Of a stretch of DNA of 64,000 nt, positions 1 through 11,668 are shown in pieces. The notes under the pieces are model-generated. The model saw nothing but the letters and a program-made list of their open reading frames with translations. It was not told where the DNA came from and did not search any database. This stretch comes from Thecamonas trahens ATCC 50062 (Eukaryota; Protista; Apusomonadida): positions 342,709 through 406,708 of the forward strand of contig NW_013657674.1 in the NCBI RefSeq assembly GCF_000142905.1, read 5' to 3'. A program made the position numbers and the translations under genes. The number at the start of each line of letters is the position of its first letter. Within the stretch, counting starts at the first letter, position 1.

Positions 1-2
1 TT

Positions 3-3000
3 GCGCTGACAGACACCACCGCAGCTGACGACGACGACGACGACGATGATGATGATGATGATGATGATTCTGACAAGTTTACCGGCGTGCCGCCGCCCGA
101 GTCCGGTGGTGGGTCCGCTGCCGCGACTTCACCTGTGCTTGATTTGAACATGGACTCACCGGAGCTCCTGCCGTACATCATTTTGCCGTCGACATTTCAG
201 CCAGGCCAAGAGGGTGAATTTACCATCAATGTGTACTCGGACAAGGCCGTCCGCCTCGAGCCGGCCATTGCGGACTCGTTCTTTGCGCGACGCGGTCTCG
301 TCTACCGTGCCGAGCTCGAGTCCGAGTGGCGCGGGCTCACCGCTGGCGGCTGCGCCAACTATCCCACCGCCGCAGCCAACCCGCAGTTCCAGCTCGTCGC
401 CCTCCCGGATGGTGTCTCTTCGCGTGCCCGCTTTGTGGTTGTTCTCGAGCAGGCCTACCACACCGTGGCCGAGACCGGCGCGTCGGACTTGCACATCATC
501 GGTGCGTACGTGTGCGACAACTTGGGCAAGCGCGTCGAGTACTTGTACCAAGATTCGATCCTTGCCTCGACTTCACGCTACACTCACAACGCCGCTGTTC
601 AGACCTCCGAGGCGCTTGCGAGGACCAACAAGCCTTACACTGTCTTTGTCTCGACTTTTCAGCCTCAATGTGAGGGCGAGTTCAAAGTCTCGGTCTATTC
701 GGACATGGAAGTCTCGCTAACGCCGCTCTCGGTCGACGTCGACCCACTCGAGAGCCTCCCGCCGCTTACGGAGCTGCACTCAATATGGAAGGGCGAGTCC
801 GCCGGTGGCGCCATCAACTTTCCGACTGCCATCAACAACCCGCAGTTCTCGCTCTTTGTCCCGCCGTCCGGCGATGCCGCCGTCGACGAGCTCCCGGTCA
901 ATGTCCGCCTCACCCTCATCCGCCGCGCGCCCTCCATGGACACCGCCATCCCCATCGGGTTCATCGTGGCAGACATTGCTGGAGCGCGGGTCTCATCCGA
1001 TCTTGGCTCGCGGGCGCTCGTCGGTGAGTCTGGTCCGTTTGTCAATGTCGAGCAAGTCTCGGTCCTACTCTCGCTGGTTCCGGCTGCGCATCCGTACACG
1101 GTCATGCCGTCGACGTTTGAGCCTGGTGTCTCGGCCGTCTTTACTCTGCAGGTCACTTCGGCCCACGACGCTGTCCGTCTCACCAAGTGGCGGCCCGAGT
1201 ACGATGTCCAGGCTCTTGCCCTGCAGAGCCTATCGCACTCAGTGACCCTCACCAACGCGTGGAGCGGTCTCACTGCGGGTGGGTGCATCAATTTCCCGAC
1301 CTCGGCCCTCAACCCCATGTATGGCATTCGCGTCGCCGGCCCGTCGCCGTCTGTTATCCATATCCTCCTCCGCCAGCTGGCAGAGCCTGGGAAGGAGCTT
1401 GTTCCCATTGGCATTGTTGTCGCCGACGTTGGTGACGCCAACCCGCGCACCACCCCGATCCGGGCTGAGGAGGCCATTGGCACCTCGGGCGACTTTCTCA
1501 ATGCCGCAGAAGTCACCGCCACCGTCGTCTTGCCCCCAGCCGCGCACCCGTACCTGCTTGTCTGCTCCACCTTTGCGCCCAACCAGGAGGCCGGCTTTGA
1601 GATCGTCATCACTTCGGACGCGCCGGTCACTGTCTCGGAAGTACCCGACCGCGACGCCGACGACCGCGACGCTGATGCTGCATCCGCGCTCCCGGTCCCC
1701 ACGCGGACGTCCAAGCCGGCCACTGTTGCTCGCTCGCCGCCGGCGCTCCATGGCTCCGCCGAGGCCGCCGACCCCGGATATTCGATGGTCGACTATGTGC
1801 CAAAGCGCTCCAAAACTACCGTCCACCGCGTCGATCCCAACTCGCAAGTCGAGTCGGTCGAAGCCGCCGAGGTCGCCGTCACCGATGCCGGAGGCCCTGT
1901 GGTCCAGGCCGATGTTGGAAGTCCGGTCGCCGTTGCACGCCCATCAGGCCTCATATCAGACGACTCTGCTGCTGCCGCCGCTCTCGCTGGTCCTGCCGCT
2001 GAACAGGCCTCGCCACCGGCCCTGCTGGATCCAGCCAAGCAGCGTGCCGCTGTTGAGGCTCGCGTCAATGTCGCGTTGAACAAGGATCTTCCAGCGAGCG
2101 CCGCGCCGCGCGCAGCAGTCGACCACCACCTCGTCGTTATGGACGACCTCATCGACACGCTCGATGACCTGATGAACGGTGAGCTGTCGTCGTCGGCGAC
2201 GTCGTCGGCGCGTGCCTCGCTCGCCTCCTTGGATGGTGGCGGTCAAGAGGACAACGCCAGAAGCGCCACGGCCGATGCCACACCACCCACCGAGCCTACG
2301 GCCGAGTCCGAGGCTCGGCCCAACGCCCGCCAGCGCAAGATCTCGCGCTCAGAAGCCCGGATGTCGATTGTTCCGCGTTCGATGGCACGGTCAACGACGC
2401 TTGCGGCTGACATCCGGAGGATGACCCAGTACGGACCCAGCGGCCCGCGCCGCGGTTCGCTACCGGAGAACAAGCGCATTCGCGCCCTCACCGATCCCGA
2501 AGACGTTGGCGGTGCTGGCACGGTCTCAGACGAAGACTCGGAGCTGGACTGGTCCGAGTACCCGGCGCTTCCAGTCCCAGTCAACGTCATCAAGCAGCTG
2601 CTGCAGTTCCTCTTCTCCATCTTTGACGCCAACACACCGTCGCACATCATCGGTACGGTGCTCACCCAGCCAGACGGCATGCTCGTCCGTGCGCTGGCCA
2701 AGACGCTCACCATCAAGCAGGCCGATGTCATCGCCATGCCGCTCGTCCACGTCTTTGGTTCACAGAAACGGCTCATGATTCTTGTTCAAACCCTCATCGA
2801 GTACGAGATCGGGCGGACACCGGCATCGGCCGGCTCGACCCTCTTTCGGTCCAACACCCTCACCACCAAGGTCATGTCAGCGTACTGCACCGTCATGGGC
2901 TCCGACTTTCTTGCCAAGGTCATCAACCCGGTGCTTGAGGTCATCGAGGCCGACCCGAACAAGCTCAAGATCGAAAAGTACGGCGACAACCCCAAAGAGA

Positions 3001-3818
3001 ACGTTGAGCGCCTCGTTAATGTTCTCAACATGCTCGTCGATGCCATCTTTTCGTCGGTCGACAACATGCCGCTTGAGATCCGCACCATCTGCCACGCCCT
3101 CGTTGTCCGCGCCCGCCCCAAGTTTCCGCAAAACGAGATCCACGTTCTCGCAGGCCTCGTCTTTCTTCGCTTCATCTGTCCCGCGCTCGTCACCCCATCC
3201 AAGTATGGCCTCCGGGACGCCCCGCTCACCCGGGCGGTCCAGGCAGGCCTCGTCATGGTCTCCAAAACTATCCAGCGCCTCGCCAACGGCGTCATCTTTC
3301 CCGGCAAGGAGCCGTACATGGTTGAGCTCAACAAGTTCATCGAGGGCCGCGCCGCAGAGCTCAACACCTTCCTTCGCGCCCTCGCCGACGTCTCGGTCGC
3401 CACCCGCTCCATTCGCATGGGCGTCGCCATCTCCCACTTTGAGGCCATCGAGGTCGACGAGCTCTCGTTTGTCCAGGGCCAGACTCTTTTTGACATTGTC
3501 ACCACAGACTCGCCCGAGTGGATGTGCGGGTGCGTCAACGGCAAGACTGGCCTCTTTCCCACAGAGTTTGCCCGCATCCTGCGCAAGCAAGTCCCGCGCT
3601 ACAAGGTGGAGCCGCTTTGCGAGCTCTCCGTCCCCCAGCGCAACGCTCTCATCGACGTCATCCGTTCCGTCATGAACGACTCGCAGGAGGCCATCGTCGG
3701 TGTCATCTCCTCCGACTATCGCGCCAAGGAGGACGACGTCGAGCTCTTTCGCATGGAAAAGGACACCCGCGTCAAGTCCACTTTCCGCCAGCGACTCCTT
3801 GCCAAGCTCCGTCGCTGA
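3..3818 (+). CDS. Calpain domain-III (C2-like) repeats + RasGAP + SH3 protein, 5'-partial
   Basis: Frame open from the window edge (ALTDTTAADDDD...). At least 3.5 calpain-III repeats (W.G.TAGGC.N.PT...NPQF; PY...STF.P..EG.F), RasGAP motifs TLFRSNT and FLRFICPAL, SH3 (DELSFVQG...EW..G..GLFP). Confidence 0.85.
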   Translation, partial: ALTDTTAADDDDDDDDDDDDDDSDKFTGVPPPESGGGSAAATSPVLDLNMDSPELLPYIILPSTFQPGQEGEFTINVYSDKAVRLEPAIADSFFARRGLVYRAELESEWRGLTAGGCANYPTAAANPQFQLVALPDGVSSRARFVVVLEQAYHTVAETGASDLHIIGAYVCDNLGKRVEYLYQDSILASTSRYTHNAAVQTSEALARTNKPYTVFVSTFQPQCEGEFKVSVYSDMEVSLTPLSVDVDPLESLPPLTELHSIWKGESAGGAINFPTAINNPQFSLFVPPSGDAAVDELPVNVRLTLIRRAPSMDTAIPIGFIVADIAGARVSSDLGSRALVGESGPFVNVEQVSVLLSLVPAAHPYTVMPSTFEPGVSAVFTLQVTSAHDAVRLTKWRPEYDVQALALQSLSHSVTLTNAWSGLTAGGCINFPTSALNPMYGIRVAGPSPSVIHILLRQLAEPGKELVPIGIVVADVGDANPRTTPIRAEEAIGTSGDFLNAAEVTATVVLPPAAHPYLLVCSTFAPNQEAGFEIVITSDAPVTVSEVPDRDADDRDADAASALPVPTRTSKPATVARSPPALHGSAEAADPGYSMVDYVPKRSKTTVHRVDPNSQVESVEAAEVAVTDAGGPVVQADVGSPVAVARPSGLISDDSAAAAALAGPAAEQASPPALLDPAKQRAAVEARVNVALNKDLPASAAPRAAVDHHLVVMDDLIDTLDDLMNGELSSSATSSARASLASLDGGGQEDNARSATADATPPTEPTAESEARPNARQRKISRSEARMSIVPRSMARSTTLAADIRRMTQYGPSGPRRGSLPENKRIRALTDPEDVGGAGTVSDEDSELDWSEYPALPVPVNVIKQLLQFLFSIFDANTPSHIIGTVLTQPDGMLVRALAKTLTIKQADVIAMPLVHVFGSQKRLMILVQTLIEYEIGRTPASAGSTLFRSNTLTTKVMSAYCTVMGSDFLAKVINPVLEVIEADPNKLKIEKYGDNPKENVERLVNVLNMLVDAIFSSVDNMPLEIRTICHALVVRARPKFPQNEIHVLAGLVFLRFICPALVTPSKYGLRDAPLTRAVQAGLVMVSKTIQRLANGVIFPGKEPYMVELNKFIEGRAAELNTFLRALADVSVATRSIRMGVAISHFEAIEVDELSFVQGQTLFDIVTTDSPEWMCGCVNGKTGLFPTEFARILRKQVPRYKVEPLCELSVPQRNALIDVIRSVMNDSQEAIVGVISSDYRAKEDDVELFRMEKDTRVKSTFRQRLLAKLRR
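27..68 (+). repeat. (GAC)n(GAT)n trinucleotide repeat encoding poly-Asp
   Basis: Directly visible and in frame with the RasGAP CDS. Confidence 0.9.
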
Positions 3819-3922
3819 GATCGGCCGCACCAATCGTCGCGATAAATCACGAAAAAGCCTCACCGGGGCGAAACCGTTGCTGCCAATCGGGACTCACCTT
3901 GCGTGTACGCACTCCTCCCCGA

Positions 3923-6900
3923 ATGTCGTTGCGTGCTTCGCTCGAAGCAGCCTACGCAGCCTCGCTGGCCTTGAGCAAGGCTGTTGAGAGCGCCTCGGTC
4001 CAGGACTCGCTCACCTCGACCAAAGATGCAGTACGCTCTCTACGCCTTTGTCCCCTTTCCCTTTATTCCCCTCCCTCCTTCCCTCTCTCCCTCCCTCCCT
4101 CCCCTCCCCCCCCCTCGTCTTTCTCGCACTAACACAGTTGTTCGTCTCCTGCCCCGCAGGCCGGCCAGGTCAAGCTCATCAAGGCAGCGCTGGAGAAGCT
4201 GGCCAGTGTGGCAGACTCTGCAGCCCAGAAAGGTACGCTGCCACAGCTGCTACATTGCTCCCCCCCCCCCCCTCCTCCTCCCTCTCCTCCTGCACCCCAT
4301 CTATGGCGCCTCCTGTGGCGGTGCCGACTGGCAATGATCATTTTGCCGCACGCTCACCCCACCGCTCCCTCGCCTCCACACAGACTCGTTCGCCAAACTC
4401 GGCCAGATTGTGGCCGACCAGATGATGGCGGTTCTGAGTGCCGTCAAAGTGTTCGCTGGAGCCGGCGGTACTGGTGGTGGTGGTGATGTGCTGGCGCAAG
4501 TCGCCCAACTGCAAAAGGTTGTCGAGTCGATCGGGGCGAACGTTATGGGCGGTTTCTCGCCCAAGGAGGCGATCAGAAAGGCGGCCCAGCCACCACCACC
4601 GAGCCAGCCACCACCGCCGAGCCAGCCACCACCGCCGAGCCAGCCGCCACCGCCGAGCCAGCCGCCGCCGACGGCGTCGGGTGACTCGGGCCTCACAGCA
4701 GACCTGCACGCCGACTTTACCACAAAGTCCAAGGCGACGTACATGCGGGCCAACGAGATTGTCAACCTGGTCAAGGCCGGGACGGTCGAGGCTGTCTCGT
4801 CGTCTGTGCAGGAGCTGGCGCAGATGCTCAAGGATCTCATGGAGTCGGGCAAGAATGTGGCGTTTTCGCTCAACGACGAAGACCTTGCGCAGCGGCTTCT
4901 CGGCATGCTCAAGGAGACATACGCCCAGGCCGTGGCGGTCATTCATGCGGTGGCGCCAGCAGCAGAGGCACCAGGCAACGCGTCGCTTGCGCTTGCGCTC
5001 TCGACGAACGTCACGTCGATGACCCAGTCGATCAAGGCAGTCCTCTCGGCGCTGCCCACACCCATCGACAGCGGCGGTGCGAGCGGCGCGAGCGGGGCTG
5101 GCAACTCGGTTGTCTTGCCGAAGCAAAACTCGCTGGATCTTGGTAAGATGAAGTCGGTCATCACCGAAGTCTCCGACTTGACGCTTGACATTGATGGCAT
5201 CGCACAGTCGATCGACGCCGAGCGCGACCCCGAGCGAAAGAACCTGTTCCTCCAGATCAACGAAGACATTAATGCCGGAGTGCAAAAGCTAGTCGAGGCC
5301 TCGCGGCAGTGGGCGGGTGACAAGCAGAATCCTGTCCTCGTCCGCGCCCTCATTGACGAGGTGTACTCTGTGGAGACCATTACCAAGAACGCGCTCACGG
5401 TGGCGCTCCGCGACACTGTGATTTCGGAAATTCGCGACGCTGCCAACGCGGCTGCGTTCTCAGCGACCGTCCATGCGGCCAACCCGTCGCTGGCAGGCTT
5501 CTTGCAGGGCGTTGCCTCACTGACCAAGATCATCATCGAGCTGCTAAGGTCTGTGGCGTCGGACCCGACGTTTGTCGATGCCCATGTCTCGGCGGTGAGC
5601 ACCGCCATGTCAACGGTGGTGGAGGCCGGCCGAGCGGTTGTTGCCGAGGAGACCAACGCCGAGGCCCGCGACCGGCTCGAGGCTCACACCTCGAGCATGG
5701 AGGCTGCAGTCCAGATCATGTCACAGCTGGCGCAGCACTGCGCAGCAAACCCGTCTGATACGGTCTCGGACCGGACGCTTAACGCCCGCGGTGGCGAGTA
5801 CGCGGCCGCCATCCGCGGCCTTGTCGAGGAGGCGACCGGCCGCCGCAAGCGTGACGAGGCCAAGTCCAAGGTCAAGGCCGAGCTGGCCCGAAAAGAAGAG
5901 ATGCTCCGCGAGCAGCGCCGTGCCGAGCAGGAGCGCAAGGAGCTCCAGCGCCAGGAGCGTCTGGCCAAGCAAAAGGCCATCCGCGAGCGTCGGATCGCCA
6001 AGGCACGTGCCGCTGCCGACGCCGCTCGCCTAGCCGCCCTCGCCGCCGTCACCGAGCTCTCCGATGACGAGGCTGGCAACGATGCCAAGCCGCAGCCGGG
6101 GAGCAGCAACCCTGAACCCACGCCTGCGCCGACCAAGGCGCCGACCAAGGGCAAGGAGACCGCTGCCGGTGGCGACGGGTCCAGCTCATCGGGCTCAAGC
6201 TCGAATTCGAGCTCCGGCGACGGATCGGGATCGTCGAGCTCGGGCTCGGGCTCAAGCTCGGACTCGGGCTCGGACGCCGGCCATGCGTCGAGCGCAAAGT
6301 CGCTGACTGTGTCGGTGACGAACCCAGTCTCGATGCTCCACAACCGCTCGACCGACGTGGCTAACGCCGACCTCGAAAAGGCTGCCGTCGAGTTCCGCGA
6401 GCTTGCCGCCGAGCTCGGCGATTCGGCTGAGATCAAGGTCGAGCGGCTCCGCGATGTGACGAGCGAGATCATCGACCTCGCTGCGGCCATGCAGCAAGAC
6501 ATTTTTGTGCTCAACGACGTGGCACGCGACGGGAGCGCCATTGGCGCCGCCGCCAAGTCGCTCTTTCAGTCGTCTGTCACCATTCGGTCTGCACTCGACG
6601 ACCTGCCAAAGGGCAAGCTCTGTGCCGAGATGGTGGTCATGCACGGGCCGCCACCGGCGCACTGGGTTCCTGCCATCCGCGAGTCAATCCAAGAGTCGTA
6701 CGTCAACCTTGGCTCGCTGCAAGAGGAGCTCGAGTCGCGCAAGGGTGAGCTCGACGCCTTCCTCCGGCTCGAGCTCTCCACCGAGACCGAGTTCCTCACC
6801 GATGCAGTGATGGCGCTCACCTCGGCGGTGGCGTGGGAGCAGATCCAGCATGCGCTGCGGGTTCATGCCGAGCTTGCCCAGGATCTGGCCAAGCGCGGCG

Positions 6901-8156
6901 AAGCCGTCCTAGTCTGCCCGGAGCAGGCCGGCGTGCTCAAGGCACTGGCGCTGCTCGGTGCCAACGTGGCCGAGATTATGGGCGCCATGGCCGAGCTGCC
7001 GCAGCACGTGGCCGACGCGGCGTCCGACGGCTCGATTTACCTGGCTACGCTGTGCAAGGCGACAAACGAGTATCTGGCGGCGTTTATGGCCGCCGGCTAT
7101 TCGCCGTCGGGCGAGCACGGTGTGTGCCCGTTGGCCATTGCCGCTGACGTCCGCGAAATTGCGCTCGAGGTTGTCGAGATGATCAAGTCATCGGCGACGA
7201 GCCGCGCGTCGCGGCTGTCCGCAGAGGACCGCGAGACCCAGATGGCGCGCGGCATGAACGTGGTCATGTACATGCGAGCCGTCATGGGCCTCCCCCCCAT
7301 CGGCACCCTCATTCGCGACAGCGTCCTCGTCCCAGACGCCGTGGCCGAGATGGCACCCGGGGCGGCATTCATGAAGTTGCCCGCCGATGACCGCATCTCG
7401 ACTCGCATCGTACTGGGCCTCGGCCGGCAGGTCGGTGACGCGCTCTCTGCGGTGTCAGAGGCGTTGGCGGCCGGCGCGCCGGCGCTTATGGTTGAGTCGA
7501 CCCGCAAGGCCGCCCGTGTTGTCGACGCGCTCCTGGCCGAGGCCGAGGCCCAGAGCGGCGTGTCGGACCAGAGCGTGCGGCGGCTGCAGTCGGAGATGAG
7601 CCAGCTTGTCAAGATGGTGCCGACAGTGGCAGGCGCTGTGGCGAGCAAGTCGGTCGACTCTGCGTCCAAGACGACGCTGGTGGCGGACGTCTCGTCGCTG
7701 GCGGCGTGCGTGGCAGCGGTCATTATGGACATGGCCTTCCCTTGCCTCCAGTCGGACGTGCAGAAGTTTGCGTCGCCGCTCTCGGAGCTCGCGACGTCGG
7801 CAGCCGATAATGAGACGGCATTCTTCAACGAGATCTCGTCGCTCGCCATCCTCATGGTCACGCTCCTCAAGTCGATGGGCAAGCGCGACGTCAAGGTGTC
7901 GGAGAAGTGGGTCGACGAGGTAGCTACGCTGGTGACCAAGGTCGGCGACCTGGCCATCAACCCGCCAGCCTCGGCCTCGCCGCGGTTGGTCAACCTGACC
8001 AAGCGAGTCTCGCATGTTGCCGCCACGCTCATCCCCCTAGTGCGCCGGTACGTGGCCAACATGTCGTCGCCGTCTATGGCTTCGACCGCGCCCATTTGTG
8101 CCGCGCTCTGCCAGTTTGTCGAGGCGCTCCGTGAGCTTGTGGAGGTCCACATGTGA
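3923..8156 (+). CDS. Large helical-bundle protein, possibly talin/vinculin-like; exons 3923-4030, 4160-4232, 4384-8156
   Basis: Two GTACGC...CAG introns with CTAAC/CTCAC branch-like motifs join in frame to the 1248-aa ORF. Amphipathic A/L/V-rich helices, a (SQPPPP)5 linker and a charged coiled coil. The family call is by compositional resemblance only. Confidence 0.55.
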
Positions 8157-8233
8157 GAGAGACAGAGAGAGAGAGGAAGCACACAGTGTGCGTGTAGCGT
8201 GGCAGGAAAAGAACATTTAGCACAACCAAAGGC

Positions 8234-9878
8234 TTAACCGTGGTGCTCAACGACGCCGACGCTGATGGTGCGGGTGGCAAGGTCGATGGTGGTCTTGAAC
8301 TGCTCAGGGACCGGGCACTCGGTGATGTCGCCATCCTCGGTGGCGGGCGGGAGGACGATGTTCATCTCGTCAGTCTTGGACGAGACGATCTCGACGTCAG
8401 CGGCAGCCTCGGAGACAAAGACCTGGCAGCCCGAGGTCTTGTCGACGGTGATGGACGGGACGCGGCCGGTGACCTGGACCTGGACCGACTTGCAGTTGAT
8501 GACCTCGACAACCGAGACGGCGTCGGTGAAGACGAGGCCGACCTTGGTGCAGGCATCCATGCAAATCGAGTTGACCTTGGCCTGAATCTGGACAACGCAG
8601 TTGTCGAGCTTGTACAGGTACACAGTCTGGTTGCGCTTCGGCTCGGCAATGACAAGGTCCTGGCGGTCGTCGTGGTTCTCGACCACCCACTTGTTGCCCT
8701 GCAGCTCAAAGACGGCCGGGCCCTTCTTCTTGGCGGCCTTCTTGACGGGCGCCTTCTTGACTGTGGTCACCTTGGAGTTGACCTTCTTGTCCTTGTTAGT
8801 CATGTCGCGAGTGACCTTGCGGAGGCCACCGGTGACGGCGCCACCCTGGTTGAGCTCGGCAAAGAGGCCGGCCTTGACCTTGCCGGTGTCGGCAGCGGCC
8901 GACGAGGACGGAGGCGGGGCCGAGTCCGGGGCCGAAGACGACGCCGCGGGCGCGGGCGCCGCCGACTTGGGAACCGACGACGGCGCATCGCCGCCCTTGG
9001 CGTTCCATGCCGGGCCAGTGGTGTGGTACTGCTTGCAGTACTTGGAGAGCGCCGGCCAGAATGCCTTGAACGACCGCACAAACGTCTTAAAGTGGTCCTC
9101 CTTGTGGTCCTTGAGCACGCGGTTGAGGTAGAACTCGGCAGCCTCGCCCATCGACTTGGCGTGCGGCGCCGGCTTGGTCGTCTGGACCCAGCCGAGACCA
9201 GGTGCACCCTCCGAGATGGCCGAGAGCGCGTTGAACGCATCGTCCGACCGCGCCACAGACTCGCGCACGTTGATCGCCGCGCCGAGCGCCTCGGCCGTCG
9301 GGCCGAGCAGCGCCGCAAACGTCGCATCGTCGGGCTTCTTCGACGAGCCCACAACAACAAGGAAGTCGCGCTGCGCACGGACGGCGTCCACAAAGTGGCC
9401 CGCCGCCGTCGCCACGCTCCCACCGATCGTCTGCGCCGCCGCATGGAACGGCTCGATGTGCTCGGCAATGAGCTCGTCAAACTCCTCAACAAACCGCGGG
9501 ACGTCACCTGGAACATACCATGGCCGCCGGTGGTAGTGTGTGAGTGAGTGGCCGGACGAATGGCGGTGGGTGGCCGAGTGCCCGTCGTCTGCTCGTCAGG
9601 CGAATGTCTCAAATTTCTTCGCCAGAAACGCGACCTGGTGGGCGGCGGAGCAAGGCTACGGCGGGGAGTGCGGGGGGGAGGGGGGGGGGGGGGGGGGGGG
9701 GGGTGGAATGAGAGCCAGGGGAAGGAAGCGCGCGAGGAGGAGGAGGAGGAGAGGGGCATGTGTGGAGCGTACCCTCCTCAACCGGGGCGGCACCAGCGGC
9801 ACCACCGCCGGCGGCGACGGCCTCCAGGCGCGAGGCAACGGCCTCAAGACGGGCAACAACGTTGGTCAGGTCGGCCAT
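8234..9878 (-). CDS. CAP1: Adenylyl cyclase-associated protein (CAP/Srv2); exons 9878-9773, 9507-8234
   Basis: N-terminal RLE motif (VARLEAVASRLE), helical domain, WH2-like LRKVT, C-terminal CARP beta-sheet (KWVVEN, VPSITVDKT, SSKTDEMN, PEQF). Phase-1 intron fits. Confidence 0.95.
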
Positions 9879-10580
9879 TTTGGGTGAAAAATGGAGATGA
9901 ATGGTGCCGCGAAATGAGCCAAGAGCGACACCGGCGGTGGCGCGCGAGCCACACCACCAAGCCGAGCCTCGGCCGCCGCCGCGGCTCTGGCTCGAGTGCA
10001 TGCTGAGCAAGCGATCGAAGGACCCCACGATAGAGCCCGTGGTAGAGCACATGCTGAGAAAACGAGTGTTCAATCGGTTGTTGGATGTGGGCAAGCGGGG
10101 CAAGCGGGGCAAGCGGGCGCCAGGACTGCGAGGCCCAGCAACCGACTGACCGGCTGCGCGCAAGCGTGGACATATGACAGCGGATCGGCGGGGTTCAACG
10201 GAAAGAGGTCGAGGTAGACGCCATGCCCGATGTTGAGAGCCACCACTGACGGCGAGCGGTCAGAGAGCGGGCAGCCAGAGGAGCACGGATCGAACATGCT
10301 GTCCGCAAAGACGATGTTGGAAGCACCACAAAGCGGCTTGCTGGCAACGTGCGTGGTGATATCCAGTGCGGCCGGGACCGGGTTTCGGAATAATGCGCCG
10401 CGCACAACACCACGTCGATGGTCACGTTGAACGGCGCGGCTGGGCGAGCATCGCCTCTGCGCAGGCTTAACCCTCTATGGTACGGAATGGTCAATATGTC
10501 CATCGCGCAAGCCGCGCTCCCGCGGCGTTCACAGACATCGCAACGTCTATGAATTGTTGCAAAAGAGTAGTACAATGTGT

Positions 10581-11462
10581 TCATGACTGCCACAACAGAA
10601 AACAGTCGGCGATGCAGAGATGGACGCCGCACGTGGCGCAAAAGGTCCGCGGCCGCCATCGCTTACCATGAAGCTTTCGGCAGGCGAGGCAGTCGCATCG
10701 CACGGCGGCTTGCTGCGGAGAGAGTGGTGATGACGAGCAGCCGTTGCAAAAGTGCGCTTCCGCTTGCGCGACGGCGCCACTTGCGCGGCCACGCCGACCG
10801 GCAAGCTCGTCCGTCGCAAGAAGATCCACAACGTCCTCGCGCTCTCCCGTCCGGCCGCTGTGCTTAACTCTGTAGCTTGGCCCCTGCGCTGCACCTGTAG
10901 CGGAACACAACCGCCACCTAGCGCAATCCCGCGCAGATCAGCTCGGAACCAGAGGTGTCCGCGGGCGGCTGGGGCCAAGAGCGGAGGCCAGGATCCACGC
11001 CAGGCTGGGTGCAAAGAGGGCGACAAAGAGGGCGGCCAAGAGGCTGGAGGCGACTGGAATCGGCGCCCGATTGCGCCATCGTCGGCGGATCTCGGCGGCA
11101 ACCGAAAGATTCGGCGCCGATGCTTCGTCATGTTGCGAGTCGTCGCCCTGCTTCTCCATACCAGCCGCCGCCGGGACGAGCTTGATCCTCACCGCGCCGG
11201 CATCCAGCAGCTGCGCGGCATCGACCAGCCGGACGTATTCGCCAAAGTGCGCATCTAGAACCGTCACCGTGTAACGATCCGCTACCGGGTCGCCTCTGTC
11301 CCCTACAGCCCGCCGTAGGCCCAGCTCATCCAGCAGCTCGCCATCGATCGTCCTGTCCGCCGCCGCGGCCGCTACCGCCTCTCCATCGAGCGTGAGCACC
11401 GTGCCCGGACAGCCATCCGCTGCGCCACCGTCGTACACCAGCGCGCGCACCCACACGACCAT
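10581..11462 (-). CDS. Small protein with C-terminal piggyBac-type Cys-rich zinc ribbon; putative exons 11462-11162, 10894-10581
   Basis: C-terminus CLACRKLHGKRWRPRTFCATCGVHLCIADCFLLW. A GTATGG...CTACAG phase-1 intron joins the two ORFs in frame. Confidence 0.5.
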
Positions 11463-11668
11463 ACCTCGTCAGCAAGCAAGCAAGTAAGGTGCCAGAAAAG
11501 AGGGGGTGGTGACCCAGCTCTCACCGCGCGAGATGGGTATCCCCCCCGCGGTCCGGTGCCGCGGCCCCAGCCCCAGCGGCCCCTCGCCCCCCTCGCTCCC
11601 CCCCCCCCCCCTTCCACCCACCCACCCAATCTCCACCACACTTCACCCACCCACCCAAGCCACCACTA

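Noticed and set aside
10090-10118. (GGCAAGCGG)3 repeat upstream of CAP as a regulatory element
   Set aside because: Too short, with no supporting evidence.
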